Assembly (NCBI GenBank): GCA_951406725.2
Contig: OX597843.1
Location: 16,616,001-16,680,000 of the forward strand
DNA from: Octopus vulgaris
Lineage: Eukaryota
Reading direction: 5' to 3'
Length of the DNA stretch: 64,000 nt
The position numbers and the translations under genes are program-made. The notes beneath the pieces are model-generated. The model saw nothing but the letters and a program-made list of their open reading frames with translations. It ran no database searches and was not told the DNA's origin. Positions within the stretch are counted from its first letter, which is position 1; each line of letters starts with the position of its first letter. This document shows, piece by piece, positions 56,642-64,000 of the stretch.

Positions 56642-57227
56642 TGAGAAAGTTGGTGTGTGAAAGCACATGGATGGATATATAGAAAATAGTAAAAAGTGAA
56701 AAAACTACAGAAGGCTTGTTTTAAAAGGTTAAAAAATATATATTTGAGTCATTATGTCAGAAGAATGTTATAAATTTTTTTTCATACAGTGACATAGTTT
56801 TTGAAGAAATGTATGTACTCCACTCTGTGTCAAATGATTTAACTTCACTGTTAACCCTTTCGTAACCACATTTCAGTTGAAATACAACCGCCTTTGTTTC
56901 TAGCAATGTTTTTAAAAAATAATGAGGGATTTAGTAATGTAATTAAGCTGGTGTTTGGAGCATAAATTAGCATAAATTAGCAGACAAGTTTGATGGAAGA
57001 TTTTAATTCGGATCACTTTATGACAGGAAGTTTGTATCAAAGAACCAAACATGGTCCCAGACAGGTTAGTAATCAAGAGTTAGTCATGTAGTATACTGTT
57101 ACCGTTATTTAAAGAACTATAAATTAAGTATATATGTTACTAACATGTAGACCACTGTCCTTGTTAGTAGAATCTGTTCGTTAACTTATGTTTGTGTTAA
57201 TTTTTTAAAAAAATTTAATTTGTAATA

Positions 57228-58364
57228 TCTTTATATATAAAAGTAAGGTTGTGTGCTGTCTGTCTCCTACGATTTAGATTCGTAACTACTCCCACATTTT
57301 GCGGTGCAGTGTAACCAAAAGCGGGTATCTTATAGTCGTGATTCATATCGAGCCCGTCTGAGTATTAGCGCGCGTCTACGATGAGACTACGATTTTAAAA
57401 ATAATTTAACATCATTTTTTATTCCATTTTAATGCATAATTTTTCGTGTGTCGATGGCGGCGGAGTTGGCGTCCACGCTCACACCTGCACCTGTGGGGAA
57501 GGGAGTGTAAGGAAATCAATGTCGTAATGCGTTGTCAAGGAGACCAGCGTTCTTTTAGAACAACGACTTCATGGCTTGAAGACACCAAAACAGAAATGGC
57601 TAAGAAAACGTCTACATGAGTCTACGATTTAAAAAAAAATTTACCATCGTTTTTTTTTCCATTTTAATGCATTTTTTTCGCTATTATATAAGGGAAGTAA
57701 CTCTCTAAAAATGTCTACGATGAGTCAACGATTTTTAAAAAAATTACCATCATATTTTTTCCATTTTTTATGCATTTTTTGCTATTTTTTGGCTATAACT
57801 CTCTAAAAATGCTTATATAGTTATTTCCCTTACAAACCCGGGCAACGCCGGGCGATACTGCTAGTATATATATATAAAAGTAAGGTTGTGTGTCTGTCTC
57901 CTACGATTTAGATTCCTAACTACTCCCACATTTTGCGGTGCAGTTTAACCAAAACCGGGTATCTTATAGTCGTGATTCATATCGAGCCCTTCTGGGTATT
58001 AGTGCGCGTCTACGATGAGTCTACGATTTAAAAAATAATTTACCATCATTTTTTTCCATTTTAATGCATTTGTTTCGCTATTATATAAGGGAAGTAACTC
58101 TCTAAAAATGTCTACGATGAGTCAACGATTTAAAAAAAATTTACCATCATTTTTTTCCATTTTAATGCATTTGTTTCGCTATTATATAAGGGAAGTAACT
58201 CTCTAAAAATGTCTACGATGAGTCAACGATTTTAAAAAAAATTTATCATAATTTTTTTTCCATTTTTAATGCATTTTTTTGCTATTTTTTGGCTATAACT
58301 CTCTAAAAATGCTTATATAGTTATTTCCCTTACAAACCCGAGCAACGCCGGGCGATACTGCTAG
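57228..58364 (+). mobile_element. Head-to-tail tandem of two Helitron H1 copies (57228-57864, 57865-58364)
   Basis: Two complete hairpin+CTAG ends (57861-57864, 58361-58364) with no spacer between the copies. Confidence 0.9.
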
Positions 58365-58879
58365 TATTTAATACAATAAATGTAAGTAGACCAATCTCAT
58401 TGTTTTGTTTCAAAATGATTTTAAATAAACTTAACAAATTACAAAAGAATGTGTATGGATAAGAAGCGGACACCTAACAATTGGACAATTTCTATGTATG
58501 TACGTATGTGCACGTTTGCTCTCAATGAATTTTCGGAACCCCCACCACCTGCCGACTTGAAGTTTCTTTTTATAAGTCTCAGGTCTTCAATTTTGTGGAA
58601 AAGGGGACAGATGATAATATCAACACCCAGAAAGTTGAAAAGCAAATTTGATCTCGATAGGGTTTTATAAATAAATCAATCGGCCCCCTAAACTGAAATA
58701 ATTTGTAGCTGTTTAAAACAAATAAACTGTGTTCGTTACCAAGCAAATTGTTCAGGATAATTAAAACACAGCTTGCAAAATATAAGCAGAAGGACAAGAA
58801 ATAAAGTGGTAACATCAAAAATATTAAAACTCCAACAGTTGTTCATGTCTTTGGAAATGTTTATAAAGAAAAAAAGGTA

Positions 58880-59287
58880 GGCGTAGGAGTGGCTGTGTGG
58901 TAAGTAGCTTGCTAACCAACCACATGGTTCCGGGTTCAGTCCCACTGCGTGGCATCTTGGGCAAGTGTCTTCTGCTATAGCCCCGGGCCGACCTATGCCT
59001 TGTGAGTGGATTTGGTAGACGGAAACTGAAAGAAGCCTGTCGTATATGTATATATATATATGTATGTGTATGTGTGTGTGTGTTTGTGTGTCTGTGTTTG
59101 CCCCCCTAGCATTGCTTGACAACCGATGCTGGTGTGTTTACGTCCCTGTCACTTAGCGGTTCGGCAAAAGAGACCGATAGAATAAGTACTGGGCTTACAA
59201 AGAATAAGTTCTGGGGTCGATTTCCTCGACTAAAAAGGCGGTGCTCCAGCATGGCCGCAGTCAAATGACTGAAACAAGTAAAAGAGA
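58880..59287 (+). mobile_element. SINE family B with TSD
   Basis: Full length; flanked by AAAAAAAGGTAG on both sides. Confidence 0.88.
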
Positions 59288-59510
59288 AAAAAAAAAAGGT
59301 AGATGTCTTTTTCTAATTTCAGTTTTAACTGAGGGGGGGGGACAAAAAAACAACCAAGGATGAAGCTGGAGGGAAGTTGAAGACCAGTAATAAAACGAGT
59401 CTTAACAAGAATACTGTTATCAAAAATGTTTAAGGCAAAAAAAAAAAAAAAAAAGAATATATTTTAAACAAACACATCCACACACATACGTATATATATA
59501 TAAATGAAGT

Positions 59511-60151
59511 GGAGGCGCAATGGCCCAGTGGTTAGGGCAGCGGACTCGCGGTCATAGGATCGCGGTTTCGATTCCCAGACCAGGCGTTGTGAATGTTTAT
59601 TGAGCGAAAACACCTAAAGCTCCACGAGGCTCCGGCAGGGGATGGTGGTGATCCCTGCTGTACTCTTTCACCACAACTTTCTCTCACTCTTACTTCCTGT
59701 TTCTGTTGTACCTGTATTTCAAAGGGCCGACCTTGTCACTCTCTGTGTCACGCTGAATATCCCCGAGATGACCCAGTGGTTAGGGCACCGGACTCGCGGT
59801 CGTGGGATCGCGGTTTCGATTCCCAGACCAGGCGTTGTGAATGTTTATTGAGCGAAAACACCTAAAAGCTCCACGAGGCTCCGGCAGGGGATGGTGGTGA
59901 TCCCTGCTGTACTCTTTCACCACAACTTTCTCTCACTCTTACTTCCTGTTTCTGTTGTACCTGTATTTCAAAGGGCCGGCTTCGTCACTCTCTGTGTCAC
60001 GCTGAATATCCCCGAGAACAACGTTAAGGGTACACGTGTCTGTGGAGTGCTCAGCCACTTGCACGTTAATTTCACGAGCAGGCTGTTCCGTTGATTCGGA
60101 TCAACCGGAACCCTCGTCGTCGTAACCGACGGAGTGCTTCCATTCCATTCC
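59511..60151 (+). mobile_element. SINE family C dimer (truncated copy plus full copy)
   Basis: Second head starts at 59768; the whole dimer is flanked by ATATATAAATGAA. Confidence 0.85.
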
Positions 60152-60543
60152 ATATATAAATGAAATAAATTGGAGGTGAAAGGAATACTGAAAGAAGTTT
60201 CTTAAATAGGAAATGATAATTTCTAATTGACTCTGCCTTAATTAACCTGGAACATTCATAGTAACAAGATAACTGAAATGAAGAATATAATTGACTGTAC
60301 CCCACATTTTACAGTTCTATTGATAGACCACCCCAGAGGGAAGCATGGCAAGGTCACCTTTAAATTTTTTTTTAAATTAACACAAACATAAGTTAACGAA
60401 CAGATTCTACTAACAAGGACAGTGGTCTACATGTTAGTAACATGTATGCTTAATTTATAGTTCTTTAAATAACGGTAACAGTATACTACATGACTAACTC
60501 TTTTGATTACTAACCTGTCTGGGACCATGTTTGGTTCTTTGAT

Positions 60544-60870
60544 CTTAAAGACTCCGCCGGTTACGATGACGAGGGTCCCAGCTGATACGATCAACGGAAC
60601 AGCTTGCTCGTGAAATTAACGTGCAAATGGCTGAGCATTCCACAGACACGTGTACCCTTAACGTAGTTCTCGGGGATAATCAGCGTGACACAGAGAGTGA
60701 CAAGGCTGACCCTTTGAAATACAAGTACAACTCATTTTTGCCAGCTGAGTGGACTGGAGCAACGTGAAATAAAGTGTCTTGCTCAAGGACACAACGCGTT
60801 GCCGGGAATCGAACTCACAACCTTACGATCATGAGCCGAATGCCCTAACCACTAAGCCACGTGCCCTCAC
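60544..60870 (-). mobile_element. tRNA-derived SINE family D (tail X) with 12-bp TSD
   Basis: A box TGGCTTAGTGG, B box GAGTTCGATTCCC; TSD TGGTTCTTTGAT at 60532-60543 and 60871-60882. Confidence 0.9.
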
Positions 60871-61238
60871 TGGTTCTTTGATACAAACTTCCTGTCATAA
60901 AGTGATCCGAATTAAAATCTTCCATCAAACTTGTCTGCTAATTTATGCTAATTTATGCTCCAAACACCAGCTTAATTACATTACTAAATCCCTCATTATT
61001 TTTTAAAAACATTGCTAGAAACAAAGGCGGTTGTATTTCAACTGAAATGTGGTTACGAAAGGGTTAACAGTGAAGTTAAATCATTTGACACAGAGTGGAG
61101 TACATACATTTCTTCAAAAACTATGTCACTGTATGAAAAAAATTTATAACATTCTTCTGACATAATGACTCAAATATATATTCTTTAACCTTTTAAAACA
61201 AGCATTCTGTAGTTTTTTCACTTTTTACTATTTTCTAC

Positions 61239-61366
<128 letters not shown>

Positions 61367-61367
61367 A

Positions 61368-61404
<37 letters not shown>

Positions 61405-61418
61405 TATAATATGTATGT

Positions 61419-61452
<34 letters not shown>

Positions 61453-61484
61453 ATATTTATATATATATATTTAGATATATATAT

Positions 61485-61619
61485 ATTGATAAAACGGTAA
61501 GATAACAAAAGAAAGAAAGAGACCTCAATATTATGTAAGTAGAGGAAATTTATCTATACAATAATATGTTACATTATCTTGACTATCGAGTAATGTAACA
61601 TATTATTGTATAGATAAAT
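61485..61619. mobile_element. Second copy of family P1 with a shorter fold-back
   Basis: Homologous to 49921-50015; 29-bp arms 61548-61576/61591-61619; in (TA)n. Confidence 0.6.
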
Positions 61620-61628
61620 ATATATATT

Positions 61629-61661
<33 letters not shown>

Positions 61662-61662
61662 G

Positions 61663-61773
<111 letters not shown>

Positions 61774-61801
61774 GTATGTATGTATGTATATATTTATATT
61801 G

Positions 61802-64000
61802 CTTGAACGGAGGTGGGTTGATATATGCTGCATTCAAGAAGTGAGGTGGAGAGGAGGTTCTGCTAGGTTCCTCACAGGCAAAGGACAGAGGTACAAGATT
61901 TTCTGGGCTGGGAATACTGACGGAGTCGGGGGTGTGGGCATGCTTATCGCCGAAAAATGGGTAGATAAGGTAATCGAGGTAGTCAGAGTAAGTGACAGAA
62001 TAATTAAGATTAGATTAGTGCTCCACCATAGTTTAGCAACCATTATATCGGCCTATGCCCCTCAGCCAGGGCTACCTGATGGACAGAAAGACTGTTTCTA
62101 TGACACCCTACTGCAGACCACATCATTGACGAACGACAGGGACCTTCTCTTTGTGGCTGGTGACTTCAATGGGCATGTTGGACGACGTGCTGGGGGCTTC
62201 CATGGCGTGCATGGAGGCTACGGTTATGGTTCCCGCAACGAGGAGGGAACCAGGCTGCTGGAGTTCTGCGATGCGAATAGTCTTATGATTTGCAACACTA
62301 ACTTCAGGAAACCGACAAGCCACCTGGTCACCTACCGATCGGGCCGGCATACTAGCCAAATCGACTACATCCTTGCCAGAAAAAGGGAAAGATGGCTGCT
62401 TATAAATGCCAAAACCTTCCCAAGTGAAGAATGCACCCCACAACATAGACTGGTAGTTAGTGACTTTAGGATCAGGACTAAGAGGGCGACTAGAAGACGA
62501 CCAACATGGAGAAGAAGGGTCTGGAAGCTTAAAGACCCTGCGAATGGACAGAGATTTAGAGATATGTTATTTGAAGCTTTAGACGAAATGGAAGGGAGTA
62601 TAGCTACGCATGGGGTAGAAGACAACTGGACGCTTCTGAGGGACAACCTGCTGAAAGCCGCTGACCAGATCTGTGGCTGGTGCAAAGTCCCCTTAAGACC
62701 CAAAATAACGTGGTGGTGGAACAATATTGTTGACAGGGCTATTAGACAAAAGAAACAGGCTTGGAAGGCCTGGAAGAACGGTGGTAGCAGGGAAGTGTAT
62801 CAGTCTGCCAGAAGGGAAGCCAGGAGACAGGTCTATCTAGCCAGAGGGGAAGCAGAGAAGGAAAAATTTGCCAATGTCCTGCGTCGTGAGGATGAAAGAC
62901 TTGAGGTATTTCGTGTTGCAAGACAGTGTGTGAGAGAGAATCGTGACGTGGTAGGAGAGAAATGTGTTCGCAAGGAGGACGGTTCACTTGCACTTAATGA
63001 GGGTGCAAAGAGAGAGACTTGGAGACGCCACTATGATAGGTTGCTGAATGAAGAAAATGAATGGGATAAAGAGAGTCTGCCGAATGTCGACCCAACAGAG
63101 GGACCAGCAATCCGAGTTAACAGTTCCTTAGTAGATAAGGCAATTAGAAGCATGAAAACAGGGAAAGCCCCAGGCCCATCAGGAATTACTGCAGAGATGC
63201 TCAAAATATCTGGTGGTGTCGGCTATAGCTTAGTCACCCGTATAGTTAACCAGGTGATACATGAGGGGGTCATACCCAATGACTGGTGTAGCAGCATAAT
63301 AGTCAACTGCTACAAAGGTAAAGGCGACGCCCTAGAGACAAATAACTACAGGGGCATCAAGCTGCTGGATCAGGTAATGAAGGTTACGGAGAGGGTTGTA
63401 GCCCAACTAATTAGAGAGAGAGTTACCTTAGATGATATGCAGTTTGGGTTCGTGCCAGGGAAAAGTACTACTGATGCTATATTCCTGGTAAGACAGCTGC
63501 AGGAGAAATACCTAGCCAAAGATAAGCCCTTGTACCTGGCTTTTGTTGACTTGGAGAAAGCCTTTGACAGGGTCCCCCGGTCCCTTATCTGGTGGTCAAT
63601 GAGGAAACTAGGGATAGAAGAATGGTTGGTGAGAGCTGTGCAAGCCATGTACAGAGACGCTGCTAGTAAGGTGAGGGTGGGCAACGAGTACAGTGAAGAA
63701 TTCCGGGTAGAGGTTGGGGTCCACCAAGGTTCAGTCCTCAGTCCCCTCCTATTTATCATAGTCCTCCAGGCAATAACGGAGGAATTCAAGACAGGTTGCC
63801 CCTGGGAGCTCCTCTATGCTGATGACCTTGCTCTAATTGCTGAGTCACTATCAGAACTGGAGGAGAAGTTCCAGGTGTGGAAACAAGGATTAGAATCGAA
63901 GGGCCTTAGAATCAACCTAGCCAAAACCAAAGTTCTAATAAGTAGGAAGGTAGATCAATCACAAACGCCTTCAGGTAGATGGCCCTGCTCGATCTGTAAA
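61802..64000 (+). CDS. RTE-clade LINE ORF (APE endonuclease + reverse transcriptase), 5'-truncated, runs off the window
   Basis: Manual translation: [83 protein letters not shown]. It is absent from the ORF track, consistent with no stop before the window end. Confidence 0.95.

Overview
Eukaryotic, repeat-saturated genomic DNA with no recognisable host protein-coding gene. The tRNA-derived SINE families and the very high (TA)n/(CA)n/(CAT)n load resemble a cephalopod (Octopus-like) genome; that assignment is inference. Contents: the 3' part of a Ty3/Gypsy LTR retrotransposon with an open pol frame and a 3' LTR (1-3150); a non-autonomous Helitron family, one copy carrying a PIF1 helicase fragment; a decayed RTE LINE (9331-12038) and an uninterrupted RTE LINE running off the right edge (61802-64000); two mariner remnants, one hosting a nested DD41D (rosa-type) element; a Tx1/L1-like 3' fragment; a MULE-like MITE; many SINEs; and a 100-N gap. 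The dominant structure is a ~24-kb palindrome (16811-40816): unique flank / (AAAT)n / 70-bp hairpin satellite / Helitron-like segment / 29-bp AT minisatellite, then the mirror image. It ends at the gap and may be a fold-back read artefact. The best biological leads are small fold-back insertions with Penelope-like architecture that contain minimal hammerhead ribozyme folds (one with a non-canonical CCGAYGA core), the two-hairpin 70-bp satellite, cargo-swapping Helitrons and modular SINEs. Nearly all ORF-track entries in 17-56 kb are translations of repeats, not genes. Coordinates were read by eye and may be off by a few bases.
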